Shown: positions 13,270-25,423 of the stretch, piece after piece
Numbering within the stretch: position 1 is the first letter of the stretch
How the letters are laid out: each line of letters opens with the position of its first letter
From: Podarcis vaucheri
Taxonomy: Eukaryota
Length of the DNA: 64,000 bases
Reading direction: 5' to 3' (one strand)
Assembly: GCA_965113315.1 (NCBI GenBank)
Contig: OZ220365.1
Notes under the pieces: model-generated
Told to the model about the DNA's origin: nothing
What the model saw: only the letters and a program-made list of their open reading frames with translations
Databases searched by the model: none
Position numbers and translations under genes: made by a program

Positions 13270-13405
13270 CAGGCATAGGCAAACTTGGCCCTCCAGATGT
13301 TTTGGGACTACAACTCCCATCAACCCTAGCTAACAGGACCAGTGGTCAGGGATGATGGGAATTGTAGTCCCAAAACATCTGGAGGGCCGAGTTTGCCTAC
13401 GCCTG
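13270..13405. mobile_element. hAT (Charlie/Buster-type) palindromic MITE
   Basis: TIR CAGGCATAGGCAAAC / GTTTGCCTACGCCTG; TSD CTCTAGGA/CTCTGGGA; interior matches 715-850. Confidence 0.9.
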
Positions 13406-14378
13406 CTCTGGGATAACAGGACACTTTAACCCATTCTAACTGCACATATATATTTCCAGTTTGCGCTCAAATTCCTCCTGCAAAATAGTGGTGGCCTGGA
13501 GGCACTCTTTGGCTGTAGTCCTTAACATACTTACTAGGGAGTCAGTTGCACTCAGCTTCTGATCAAATATACTTAGGGTTGCCCTGCCAATAGCTGATTT
13601 GTGCCCCCAAAATGCTTGGTAATGGGAATGAGCTGCTTTTTAAAAAATATACTGCATGCTTCTTACAGTTTCACTGCCTTTAAATGAATTTGCTACAAAC
13701 AATTCTGTGTTGTTGCGCGCGCACACACACACACACATATTCAGAGAAACTAGCAAACTGAGCTTTTATATTTTTTTTCAAAGAGGTTGTAGTAGAAAGC
13801 AGTCATTTAATAAACTTTATCTATGTGTGGAGAACTTCATACCTACTTTTGAATGTCCTTCTGTTCATCCACTCAACCTTATCCTGCTAATGTGCATTAA
13901 TGAAATTAAAGAATGTTTAGTCATATGGCCGAACATTTGACACCATAGAAATTCAGGTATGCTTGCAATGTTATTTTCAATGTTAATGTGTCACTCTTAG
14001 GTGAGTGTAAGCTCCAGTCAAGTCAAAAATTCTTGCCCAGAGTCAGCTGTGCTTTGGAATTTCTACTATTTCAGCTATGGGAAGCAGACTGGCATTATGA
14101 ATTCAAAAAAAGATAAGGTGTGCACCTTTTTTCCATTTAGACCATGGTTGGGGAACCAATGACTAGGGATATAAGTAATGATTTGCATCCTGCTATGTTT
14201 GCTGCAATCAGTGCTGTTTCTATTCCACTATAGTTCAACTTCCACTAAAACCGCTGTTGTTCATCTCACTATCCACTGTGGCTGAAACTAATATAATTAA
14301 TTACATAGTCAATTTCAGTAGAAGGTAAATATTAAAAAATACAAAAAATTACACAATTACGTAAGTGGCATTTGAGAA

Positions 14379-15162
14379 ATCGGGTCCTCCCTTAAAGAGG
14401 GCATGTGTTGCAGTGAGACCTGGCAACCATACCTTGTGTTGTGGGTGGGTTGATTGATTAGCCACAACACCCAATTGGTAGGTCCCTTGACGCTGGGCTT
14501 AATCAGGCCAATGAGACGCAAGCTAAATGGATCAAGGGATCTATTTATACCTATGCACATGACCCAGAGCTTCCTCTTTCGGTGCGTGCATCGGAACACC
14601 CACCCATCTCTTCCTATATTTAGGGCTGTGCGCTTAACCTTGCTATGCCGTCGTGTGTCATCTGTCATTGGGACAGGGGCATGGCAGGAATTTTCCCCAC
14701 TTGGCTGATTGGCTGATGCCATTTGGGTTTCGCCTGCTGCATAGCAAATCGTCACAACTTGTAAGGTTGCAGACAGGCTCTGGCTCAGGTGATAGGGATG
14801 GGAGAACACTCTCAGCATCCCTATGTGAAGGGTATTCCATTAAAGGAATCTAGGGACTCAATGGTTTGGTCAACCCCTGTGAGGGCGTTGTGCACGTGCC
14901 TGGGTCCATGGGGGCATTTGGATGGTGGAGATAGCCTGTTCCCGGCTTTCCGCTTATCCAGGTGTTCACCCTAGGCTGACCTATGCTGGGTGCCATGGGT
15001 CAGCACTACCTGCAACGGTGCAGGGAGCTAGTCGAACCAGAGCCTGTGTAACCATTCACTTGCTGTAATCTTTAAAGTTGTGGCCTAAATTCTGCCAAAA
15101 ACCAAACCAAAATTTGAGTCTGAATTTATTTAAGGGGGAGGTTTAAAGGTCTGAAAAGGCAA
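14379..15162 (+). mobile_element. ~785-bp LTR-like element, copy A (class uncertain)
   Basis: Collinear with the reverse complement of 25424-26209 (4 mismatches in 60 bp at 14381-14440); two CCAAT boxes and TATTTATA at ~14542; no TSD found. Confidence 0.8.
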
Positions 15163-15896
15163 CCTAAAAATCAAGAAGAACCCAATGATAAAGAATACCA
15201 CTTGTATTTACTGGCATATTTCCATTTTTGATCTCAGGTGAATATGTGAATAGTGGTAATTTCTGTGTGTGTTTACAAGCATAGGCTCCAGGAGTTGGTT
15301 TGAGTCACTGGACAAATCTGGGACTTGGGTCCAACATTTGGCTGTTGACAGCCATCCAGCTCCAAAGTAGTGATGAAGCTGGAACTAACCACAAAAAGGA
15401 TACCATACCATATCTTTATTGCCTAAATAATAGGTCTTTTAAGGGTGCGGCCCTTAACAGTTGCAATTTCCTGGCATTTTTGAGCTTCATGTTTAACAAA
15501 AGAGGGGGTTTTCGTTAATTGAATTATGTTAAATACAATGCATTTACAATGAGCAGAATATGAAACTATATATGGGAGTTAACCATTCAAATGATTATGA
15601 CGCAGTGACAAAAAGTTCTTTACATGCCCAGCTACTGAACTCTCTAGTTCATCAATATGATATAGCATATGTTGCTGTTTTTACTAATAACCCACATTTT
15701 CCCCCCCCCCATCATTCTCATTTTGAAGGCATCTCCTTATGTTGCCAAAGATAAACAATGCTAGCCATCATAAGTGCATTCAGTGTGACCTTGTGTTTCT
15801 TCCTAGGAATTAAATCTGGCATAACGTTGAGCAAACAAATCAGTGGATCTGTAGGTATGCTAATGTTAGGAAAGTCTGTTTCTGCTTAGCCTGGAC

Positions 15897-16332
15897 CAGT
15901 GGTTCTCAAAGGGTGTGGCAGGAGAGGATGGCAAGTGTGGCAGGAAGATTCAATCATTTTGGGAATGATTCATGTTATTATGTAGCTGCATTGTTTTATA
16001 CTTTCTGGCTGTCCCATGATCATATTATAAAGCAGTTGTGTTCTGTGTCAGGCTTCCTCAAACTCGGCCCTCCAGATGTTTTGAGACTACAATTCCCATC
16101 CTCCCTGATCGCTAGTCCTACTAGCTAGGGATCATGGGAGTTGGACGCCAAAAGCATCTGGAGGGCCAAGGCTGAGGAAGCCTGTTCTATTTATAAATCA
16201 AGAACCACTAGGAGTTTTTTTTTTTGTTTCCCAATGTACTTCTTACCATATATATTTTTTTTTAAATGGTGTGGAATGAGCAAATTTTTATTCTGAATGT
16301 ATGGCCCAGAGAAAAAAGTTTGAGAGCCACTG
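15897..16332. mobile_element. hAT (Charlie-type) non-autonomous element hosting a nested MITE
   Basis: TIR CAGTGGTTCTCAAA / TTTGAGAGCCACTG; perfect 8-bp TSD GCCTGGAC (15889-15896, 16333-16340). Confidence 0.88.
16049..16184. mobile_element. hAT palindromic MITE (same family as 715-850), nested
   Basis: CAGGCTTCCTCA ... TGAGGAAGCCTG; decayed TSD TTCTGTGT/TTCTATTT. Confidence 0.88.
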
Positions 16333-17529
16333 GCCTGGACAATCATTTTCTAAAATACTTGACTTTTTATAGCATTAGGGACAGCGGAAGTAGTGCTGCC
16401 CATATAAGGCTGGGCTCCAACTTCCATCATCCCTCGCCAGCACAACCAATCCCTGATTTACATGATGATAACAATGGTTTATATGCCACCCTTAGTGTGC
16501 AGTGAGTTCTACAGAGGACCAACTTACAATCTAAAATATGATACAGGAGAAAGAAAAGAGGAAGGGAAAGTAAGTAGAGGCAAAGGCACATATGAAAACG
16601 ATGTGCAATTATTTCAGTTACGTGATCAAGGAGACATTTATTGTTGTTTTTATTATTTATTAAATTCATGTACCATCTTTCATCTGAGGCTTGCAGGGCT
16701 GTTTACAGTATAAAAATAGAAAAATACATAACATAATAACAAACAAAACAATAACCTAATTATTTGCTTGCAGTTATTTAGCTGAATCCATAATGTAAGA
16801 AAAATTTATATTTTTTGTAGGGGGGGAATGCAGCAAATTCCATATGTTTTATATGAGGGGAAAGAAGAAAAAAGGAGGAGGCTTTCTCAGGATCTATTAC
16901 ATAATTTACAGCAAGCTGTTTAGTTGTACATTATCCTGGAATTGTACACATTATTGTTACATGCATGTTTGTGATAAATTTTCTAAGGCAGAACATACAT
17001 TTGGTTATTAAATAAATAAATACTAGTAGGCACTAGATGAAAATCTGAAATAATTGCCCTTTAGGAAACTTGCTATCTTAACAGTGAGAAAATAACTTAC
17101 GGATCTATGATTATCAAATGCATGCCTGAACTTCTGAAGCAGGTTGGATTGTATGTCATTTTCACTTTAATAACTGCCTAGCATTTATATGGCCAAATTT
17201 CCAGTATATGTTAGATTGTTAGAATGTGCTGACTAGCATCAACAAGATGTTCTAGTAGTTATATCTTTAAAATGATTACCAGCTGTCCTTCTCTGTAATG
17301 GGGGGAAAACTTATTTCCTCTCTCTCTGTGTGTCTCAATAGAATGTTTGACTGCTCCCTGAAATATCCAAGTCTGTTCATTTTAGAGCACATCTTGCAGA
17401 TTAACAATAAAAGTTTTAATTAGTGACTTAATTTTAAGACAAACTTTGCATATACACCTAGAACATTTATTTTCAAGATTGTAGAATAAACAGGCATTTG
17501 GGCTTGAAATCATCCTCTTTTATATTGTG

Positions 17530-17870
17530 GATGGTATCAACCTGAGGACCACATTCTCTTGTGGGCAGCCTCCCAGGAGCCACACACCAATGCTAGCCAG
17601 GATCAGAGCCAAGACTGGGCACAGCAATGGATGAGACTATTGCATCTGTACATTAAGCTACATCCACACAAAAGCCTGAGGTTTCTACAACTCTCTCCTA
17701 CATCTCTTCATCCTAGCAAGCAAAAAGCCATGCCACAACAACTCAAGGACATATTCCAGCCAGGAAAAACACTTGACAGGAATATGGAACAGTGCCTGGG
17801 AGGGGTAGATTCTGGGGAGGGTCTTGATTGGACACCTTTGGTCTTGATGCCAGAGGTCCTCCACTCCTGC
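17530..17870 (+). repeat. Degenerate dispersed repeat (probable old hAT), related to 135-490
   Basis: Shared internal motifs with 135-490; ends ...CCTCCACTCCTG. Boundaries approximate. Confidence 0.5.
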
Positions 17871-18393
17871 TATATACTGCAGTTGAGGATGATGGGGAAT
17901 CCTGCTGAAATGAAAATGGGAGCAAATATTACTGGAGTCTGCATTTTCATCCAGTGCCCAGAACAGAAATCAATCCAGTGAACACAATGTTGTTGTTTTC
18001 AGTTCACAAACAATACGTAACAATATGTTGTTGATTATTCCTCCTTCCCCCAATATGCATTGTGTTTCCTTTGCACTGAAGTGAATGGTGTCGAATAATG
18101 TACTGATAATGATTATGTAACTGACTATGCAGTTTATGAGGTGAAATTTTGCTATAGTGGAGACAAATAATGTTGTTTTTGTCATAGGTGAAACTGCAGT
18201 GGAGTGGAAACGGTGCTGCTTGCAATGAATATGGGGAAGAACTGAGACCAGTACCTTCTTACATGCATAACTATAGTCTCATTTACCCTACTTTCTCCAG
18301 GTCTGTAAAAAGGGGGGAGCATCACACTTGCCCCCATTTGATGTGTTGTACATAATCCCATACGTTTGTTTGGACACCTTTACTTTGACATGT

Positions 18394-18711
18394 ATCAGAT
18401 CAAACCTCTCCATTCTTAAGGAAATCAGCCCTGAGTGCTCACTGGAAGGACAGATCGTGAAGCTGAGGCTCCAATACTTTGGCCACCTCATGAGAAGAGA
18501 AGACTCCCTGGAAAAGACCCTGATGTTAGGAAAGATGGAGGGCACAAGGAGAAGGGGACGGCAGAGGATGAGATGGTTGGACAGTGTTCTCGAAGCTACC
18601 AACATGAGTTTGACCAAACTGCGGGAGCCAGTGGAAGACAGGAGTGCCTGGCGTGCTCTGGTCCATGGGGTCACAAAGAGTCGGACACGACTAAACAACT
18701 AAACAACAACA
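18394..18711 (+). mobile_element. RTE-BovB LINE, 5'-truncated 3' end
   Basis: Translates SILKEISPECSLEGQIVKLRLQYFGHLMRREDSLEKTLMLGKMEG...RWLD...VHGVTKSRTRLN; (CAA)n tail; 12-bp TSD ACTTTGACATGT (18382-18393, 18712-18723). Confidence 0.96.
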
Positions 18712-19689
18712 ACTTTGACATGTGCACCGACCTAAGAAATTATAATGGATCGCATGTGAAGTGTAGATCAGCTCTTCGGTTCTGAGAGCACAAGTCATTG
18801 CTTGGACAATGGAGCTGACATCTATTTGTAGTAGAACAGTAACTTTTCCCATCATGACTCCAGCTGGACAAATGCTCCCCAAGGGAACAATTCCTAAAAC
18901 CATATTATGTGTTGATGAGCACATTTTCTAGGACAGACCTCACTCGTTGTGCGCAAATTACAGCTATTTGAGATGAGACTTTGGCAGCAATATTTTCAAA
19001 TGAGAAGAGAATTATTCCCGTTTATTAGCTTTCTTTTTTTTCTTTTTTTAAACGAAGTGTCCTGCCTTTCCTAAAAGTAATTCTACAAACTTCAGAGGAA
19101 ACAATAACAGCAATAAAAATTCAATTCACAGTAACATTCGACCAAACAGCACAGAACCAGTGAAATAATATTCCATGGGTTGTACACCCACTGAGAGCTC
19201 TTTGAGTTCTGTAACTGAGAAGACTCTCTACTTTGTGCCCTTATCTCAGCTGACAGTTGGGACTGGGTAGGAGACTTGAGAGGGCCTCCACTGAAGGCCT
19301 TAGCAGAAGGAGAACGCACAATACAGGAGGAGAAGGCCCTCCTTCAGAGAACCTTATTCCAAATGTTAAAGGGCAAGGAAGACCCAGGTCAGCACTTCCA
19401 TATTCTGGGGTTTTGTTTATCCAATTTCCTATCAGTTTCCCAACCCCACAAGATCTTCCAAGAGCATTGACAAGTTGCTTGCGGGGTGTATGTTTTTATG
19501 CTTACTTTGTTTTTACATCTCACCCATATGAGTCTGAGATAGAGAAATACCATTCAGAAACTTCCACAGACTTAACATGAATGATTCAAAAGTGGCAGAG
19601 TTTGAGCTTCAGGCTAGAACTGTCCAAGAGGGAATATGTGGAGGGGCTGGTGTGGATAGGGGACAGGTGTGATTCCAGCATTCCCCAGT

Positions 19690-19803
19690 AGGGCTGGAAA
19701 AACCACATCTGAAACATTGGAGAGCTTTTACCCATGTAGACAACACTAAGTTAGATGGGCCAATGGCCTTACTCAGTAATAAGGCAGCTTCCTGTGTTCC
19801 TAT
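19690..19803 (+). mobile_element. 3' part of an older squamate SINE (same family as 59235-59405)
   Basis: GGAGAGC...TGTAGACAACACTAAGTTAGATGG...AAGGCAGCTTCCTGTGTTCCTAT aligns with ~59326-59405. Confidence 0.6.
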
Positions 19804-20882
19804 TTTTAAAAAAGGAAAGAAAATCTTATCTGTCATAATTGAACATCCTGAGAAGATTTCAGAGTTTTGTACTGTTTCTCTAATGGAAATATAAACGTCT
19901 GGCTAGCATTAGGGAGCTTGGCCAAATTTATTTGCCAGGGATTTGTTTTTGTTTTATATTTTGGGTGCATGGTGTGTGAACGAGGGAAGGAATCATTCAC
20001 TTGTTTCCATTTTCTGGCACCTGAAGACATCTTGCTCTGAGAAATGACACTGTAAGAGCAGAAAAGGAACAATTACGTGAAGGAAATGTTTGTGTGTGTC
20101 TGTTGTCTGATGGGGGGAAGGGGAATGAAGAAGGAACAGACGCAGCTCTAGTCCAAGTGATATGTCACGCAAACAGAATGTGAGCTTTCCCCTTTCTGTT
20201 GTTGATAAAACAATAAGGTTTGTCCTCGAGTTGAGCTTTGATTCGAGATATAAAAGCAAATTTAAACACAAGGCTTTGTGAAAACTGTAAGTTTGGCAAT
20301 GGTTTCTGATGATAAGAAGGCTTATCTTGTAAATGCTTTAATTAATTTGGGGTGTGTAACATCCAGGGTTGGTCTGCTGGGATTCCTTGGAAACCTTAAG
20401 CACATCGTTTTGTAAACAAAGCTATACACCCATAAATCACTCAGTTTTTCTTTTTCTTTTTTTCATTATTTAAGGGTTTTTATGGAAAAACAAATGCAAT
20501 CTGCAAATCTCTAAAATTGAGAGAGAGAGAGAAATGTTGCTCAAGAATGAGACCTCTGCCCCTACAGTCTATTCACACAGTTGTTCACAACTCATTAGTG
20601 TAACAGGTTTATGTTGCTGTTGGCATTTTTCTTAAAATGTCAGTTTTTTATGATTTGGTGAACTCTCTCTGAAACAGCCAAACCTCCAGTTAACCATGTT
20701 TCCATGTTTTATTGCTATGTTGCCTATCAATTTCTCTTCAGGACGCGCCCCCATGCCATACTACTAAAGGCATTAAACAACAACAACAACAGAGAGTATA
20801 TACATTATGAATTGTATGGATTGTTTTGACATTTGGTTGCAAAGCTTCATCAGAGAAAATGCAAATTTTGAAGGATAGTTGT

Positions 20883-21666
20883 TGTCAGGGGTTCAGGGAC
20901 AGAGGCACAGGTGAGGGGGGAGACGGAGAGCGATGGGGAAGAAACCCAGGACAGTGAGGAAGAGGATGACAATGACTTGAGGTCTTCCATGAGTCTCTCA
21001 AGTGAATCGGAGGATTCCCAGAAGGGGGCGCCCCTGGTCAAGCCAAGGGGGGGTCAAAGGGGGGACTTGCCAGGAGCAGGGAAGCAGCAGGGAAACCCCG
21101 AGTGGGAGTGGGAGATCGGGGTCGGCTTCCCAGGAGGAACGGAGTGAGAAGGGTGGAGTTCCCAGTGTGACACACGGAGCAGAGCAGGAAGGAGACAGGG
21201 GAAGGAGATCGGGGCAGGACGTCCTGCCGGAAGGGGCGGAAAGTAGTACAGGGAGTAGTGTAGCTGTCAAAAGGAAGGTCAGGGGTAGCGAACGCGCGCC
21301 AAGTTCAAATGTGGAGGCGCGCGGAAATGCAGAGAGCCCGGAGGAGGAGCCTGGCCCCAAAGCACGAAGGAGGGGGGAGCAGGCATCTGAGGGATCCGCG
21401 TCAGGGGAAAGCAGGAGGGAAGGAACCCAGGGGGGCAGAAAGACCCTGCGGAAAAGAAAGGACAGGAAGAGGTGGTCTAGCACAAGCCTCTTAAACTGGT
21501 GTAGAGGCGGGACCGATTCAGAGGGGACTTCAAATGTCTAGGCTAAGAGACGCGGGGCTGCGCGCCTCGGTTGTGGAACCAATAATGAACTGCAATAAAC
21601 ATCCTTGTATATAAGAAGAGCCTGACATTGGTCTTTTGTGAGCTGAGACCTGAGGCAGCCCTGACA
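20883..21666 (+). mobile_element. Solo LTR (Gypsy-like), 784 bp
   Basis: TGTCAGGG...CCCTGACA inverted termini; 5-bp TSD GTTGT (20878-20882, 21667-21671); AATAAA at 21594-21599; CpG-rich. Confidence 0.93.
20884..21541 (+). other. LTR-internal reading frame, 218 aa if one G is removed from the G7 run at 21047-21053
   Basis: Frame VRGSGTEAQVRGETESDGEE...GAPLVKPR joins frame GVKGGTCQEQ...RKRKDRKRWSSTSLLNWCRGGTDSEGTSNV* by a single homopolymer indel. No start codon at the LTR edge; coding status unproven. Confidence 0.45.
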
Positions 21667-21941
21667 GTTGTATTTCAGCTCATGCATTGTTTCAGGAAGT
21701 GTGAGTTAGGTAGGTAGGTTCACCCTAAAATGAGAACTATATCTACTTGCTCCCTTGTTTGCAGTGAGCATCAGTGACACAGCTTTCAACCTTCCCTCCA
21801 TGCATCCATTAAATATACATATGCTCAGCAGTTGAAAAAGATTGAAAATGGTAACCATGGAAGGGTGGAGGGGAGTCTAAGGATACAGGGGATCCTAAAT
21901 GATGATAATGTTTGAATTTAAATGTGCAGTAAAACTTAAAA

Positions 21942-21944
<3 letters not shown>

Positions 21945-21991
<47 letters not shown>

Positions 21992-22026
21992 GATAGATAG
22001 ATAGATAGATAGATGATAGATAGATA
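21945..22026 (+). repeat. (GATA)n microsatellite
   Basis: Direct tandem repeat with two GAT interruptions. Confidence 0.97.
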
Positions 22027-22029
22027 ATC

Positions 22030-22187
22030 TCATACTTTTCCATGTATAAGACTAGGTTTTTTCCACTAAAATAATGTTTAAAAAGGAAGGTAGTATTATA
22101 CATGGGTGCAATCTCCCCCCATTTTCTTAATTTTGAGTCTCCCAAAATGTCTTATACACGGGCATGTTATACACAGAAAAATACGGT
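22030..22187. mobile_element. pogo/Tigger-like MITE, degenerate
   Basis: CATACTTTTCCATGTATAAGAC ... TTATACACAGAAAAATACGG inverted ends; related fragment near 61587-61647. Confidence 0.65.
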
Positions 22188-22198
22188 GTGTGAGTGTG

Positions 22199-22201
<3 letters not shown>

Positions 22202-22235
<34 letters not shown>
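22202..22235 (+). repeat. (CA)n microsatellite
   Basis: Direct tandem repeat. Confidence 0.97.
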
Positions 22236-22238
<3 letters not shown>

Positions 22239-23102
22239 CCATTTGGTGGCCTGAATTTGGTGGACTTGGCCCCCAAACTCTTGATTATTTGGTGAGTTTA
22301 GCCCTAAGTCTCTGGTGTCGTTTGCCATGGCCCTCTAATTTGGACATAAATCATCGTTGTGTGTTAAGCTACCTGGCTTTTGCCTTCAGAAATTGTTAAT
22401 CCTGGCATAGCATTGTTGTTTATTTCACCACCACTGCGTAGAATCTGTCGGTTTTTTAAAACTATACTGTCTGCTTGTGTCCTGAATAAGAACAGCTTAA
22501 TTAAAACAATTCTTTGTAATCTAAATTGCGACCCCTACTAAATAAAGCCTAAATTTATCGGCAAATAATGAAAAGAACGTTCCTCTGTCTACAAATCAGG
22601 AAAACAAAGCGGATGTACCTTTTTTTATAAAAAAAAACATTTTAACAAGACATACCATTTACAAATAAATATAAATAATAATAAAAAGGAAGCCGCAATG
22701 CACACAGTTGCTGGCCACAAATGTCTTCTGAGTTTTCTGGCGCTGAGAATTATTTACTAAGTTTAAAATTCTCCACAGTTTTATTTATGTATGGCGTTCA
22801 TCCCTAGTGAGCACCACACAGAAATAAATGTGTTTATTCAGAATGTATCTACTTTATATTCACAGATTTCCCCAAGGAATTCCTAGAGGAACTCATACAA
22901 GTAGTCTAGAGCTAGGGGGGGGGGGAGGACTGCCTTTACCACAAAATTCTCAGAATCATCTCCTGAACACTCTGAGGCAGGAGAATAATCAAATATTAAA
23001 TGCATGGATTTAAATTGCAGTGTTTGACAAGCAACATTTTTCACACATATATTTGGAATGTGATGTTTGATATATGATGGGATCTGACATTTGACAGACT
23101 CA

Positions 23103-23297
23103 GGCTGCATATATACCATACATTAAGCACAAGAAGAAGAAGAAGAAGAAGAAGAAGAAGAAGAAGAAGAAGAAGAAGAAGACGACAACGACGACGAATC
23201 CTGGGAATTGTAGCTTATTCCTCACAGTGCTACAATTCCCAGCACTAGTGCTTTGGGGAAGGGGAATATGCTTTAAATGTATGGTGTGTACACAGCC
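23103..23297. mobile_element. Palindromic MITE (PIF/Harbinger-like) containing (AAG)n at ~23131-23181
   Basis: GGCTGCATATATACCATACATTAAGCA / TGCTTTAAATGTATGGTGTGTACACAGCC; inner inverted repeat CTGGGAATTGTAGC / GCTACAATTCCCAG; related relic at ~47950-48140. Confidence 0.7.
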
Positions 23298-24069
23298 TCT
23301 CTTTCCTCTGGCAGGTTCTTTGATCACTCACTACTTTCTATTCCCATCACGTCTTTCTACCTGCTTCTCCTCTGCTTTCTCCTCCCTTCCTAAGCCTGGT
23401 CCTCCTACCCCTGATTGTCTACCCTTGGCGCTATGCTTCTTGCACACTCCTTCCTAAGGCACCTGCTTTTGCCTAAATTTTGTGGTCCTAACAGATTCCC
23501 CCTCCCTGATGTGCTGCTGCAGTTCTTTCCAAATCTGCCCCTCCCATTTGTGCTGCAGATGTGAAATGGTTAAGCTGAAGTTTCGATCTTTGTGGTTGCT
23601 TAGCAACCTGTTGATTCAACTGATTTGTCGGTTAGTGCCAAGAGGGATGCAATGTGCTTTTTTAGCCAGTCATCTCATAGGCACTGAAGCCTGAATACCC
23701 AGCAAATCTAGCTGTGGGTTTTTCTTCTGTAGTTCCTAGAGAGCTAAGATGGAGCTAGGCGGTGGGTGGAGGGAGGTGGATTTCCTTTTCTTTTCCTGAA
23801 GTGGTTACTTGACAGATTTAGCAAACCTAGCTTACTGGATTCTGTGACCTCAGAGCTTTTTTGACACATCCCTGGAATTCCAGAGTGTTTCCAGTTCCAA
23901 GTTTTGAGCCCTGTCAGAGAATGGGAACAACTGCAAACTGGCCACTGAATGTTGCTCTGTGTTTCAGCATTGCGTACAAATGTGTACATAAATGCAATAT
24001 ACAACCTGCTCAGAAACGATAGCATGTGTTTATCTCTTTTTGGTCCCAGTTAAACTCTCTCTTCGTGTT

Positions 24070-24075
<6 letters not shown>

Positions 24076-24115
<40 letters not shown>
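24076..24115 (+). repeat. (TG)n microsatellite
   Basis: Direct tandem repeat. Confidence 0.97.
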
Positions 24116-24119
<4 letters not shown>

Positions 24120-24865
24120 TACAAGCTATCTTTAGTGAACATTCATTTTATCAGATCACACTATATCAGATTCATCAAAATATTTTCCCCGTGGGTTACA
24201 GCAGACTACCAATGTTTCCAGCAACAGTCTGGCACCCATGAGATAAACAGAAAAATAACCAAGTCAGGAATTGAGTCTAGAGTGCAAATAGAGGGAAAGA
24301 ATTTCAAACACTGGGCCCTTCAGTAATCAGGTTTCCTGAGGCTCTTTATATATTACTCTGACTGACCGCTGCTAATGTGCTGTTCATTCAGTCTCCCAGC
24401 CTTGCTGCCCTCTGCATGGAGGAGGGAATCCTTCCAGGGAAATTTGACCATGACATCCATTGCTGAAACAGCTGATAAAAAGGCTAATAAGGAAGCAGCC
24501 ACAAAGGAATAAATCCCGCACGCCTCGCTTTGCAGCACAGTACAAAATGTACTCATGCCTGCATTTTTACAGTGTCAAATTAAACAAAAAGGGGAGGGAT
24601 GAGGATATCTAACTAGCATATGTGTAGTGAAACTTAGCCGTATATTAAAAGAAAGAAAAAGAAACACCAAGCCCTTATTCAGACAAGCCAAAGGGAAGAG
24701 CTATTCCATTCAGAGACAGACCTTCTTTCAGGGCCTGTGTGAATCATCAGAATAAACATGATTCATTCGAGATCCTCAGAGCTCTGCACAAGGTATGAAA
24801 CGATTTAGTTGTAAGCTTCCCTTGGCAACTGGAACAGCAATATCTCGGCACCAGCCTCTGGTTTG

Positions 24866-24867
<2 letters not shown>

Positions 24868-24910
<43 letters not shown>
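24868..24910 (+). repeat. (TTA)n microsatellite
   Basis: Direct tandem repeat; similar tracts at ~32192-32229 and ~41073-41111. Confidence 0.97.
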
Positions 24911-25423
24911 GGAGAAGCATCACATCCTATTGCTACTCTTAGACACTGATCCTCTCAACAAGCCTCACTTCTCCAGTGTAATTTGTAGCATAATCTAGCT
25001 AAATGCCCTTTAAAGAACCTTGAAATTTTAATTTCCCTATCGGATATGGTGGTTCTAAGATCTTTCATGCTTTTCAAATATGTGCTTCATGGGTAACATT
25101 CAATTTTTTTGTGCTACAGGGGGATTTCTCCTCTGCCCATGCATGCCCCACGGCATCCCCAAACCTGCTCCAGAGATTTGAGGGAACCCCCAGAACAGAT
25201 TTAGGAGGTGAGGGTGAAAACATTCTGTTATGGAAGGCAAAACCCTTGCATGCTGGTTCACCTTAACACCACATTGAATGCAACCTATCTCAATAACATT
25301 GCAGATAATTTAGCCATGAGAATGGATGTCCCTATTTTCATCAGAGAAATGTTGGAGGGTATGAAACAGTGTTAGAGAAGCACATCCAGAGAGATTTAGA
25401 AGGGACAGGAAGTGGTTCCTCAT

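Noticed and set aside
20998-21483. 161-aa antisense ORF in the solo LTR
   Set aside because: Mirror of a purine-rich strand giving a low-complexity Leu/Pro/Ser product; expected from composition.
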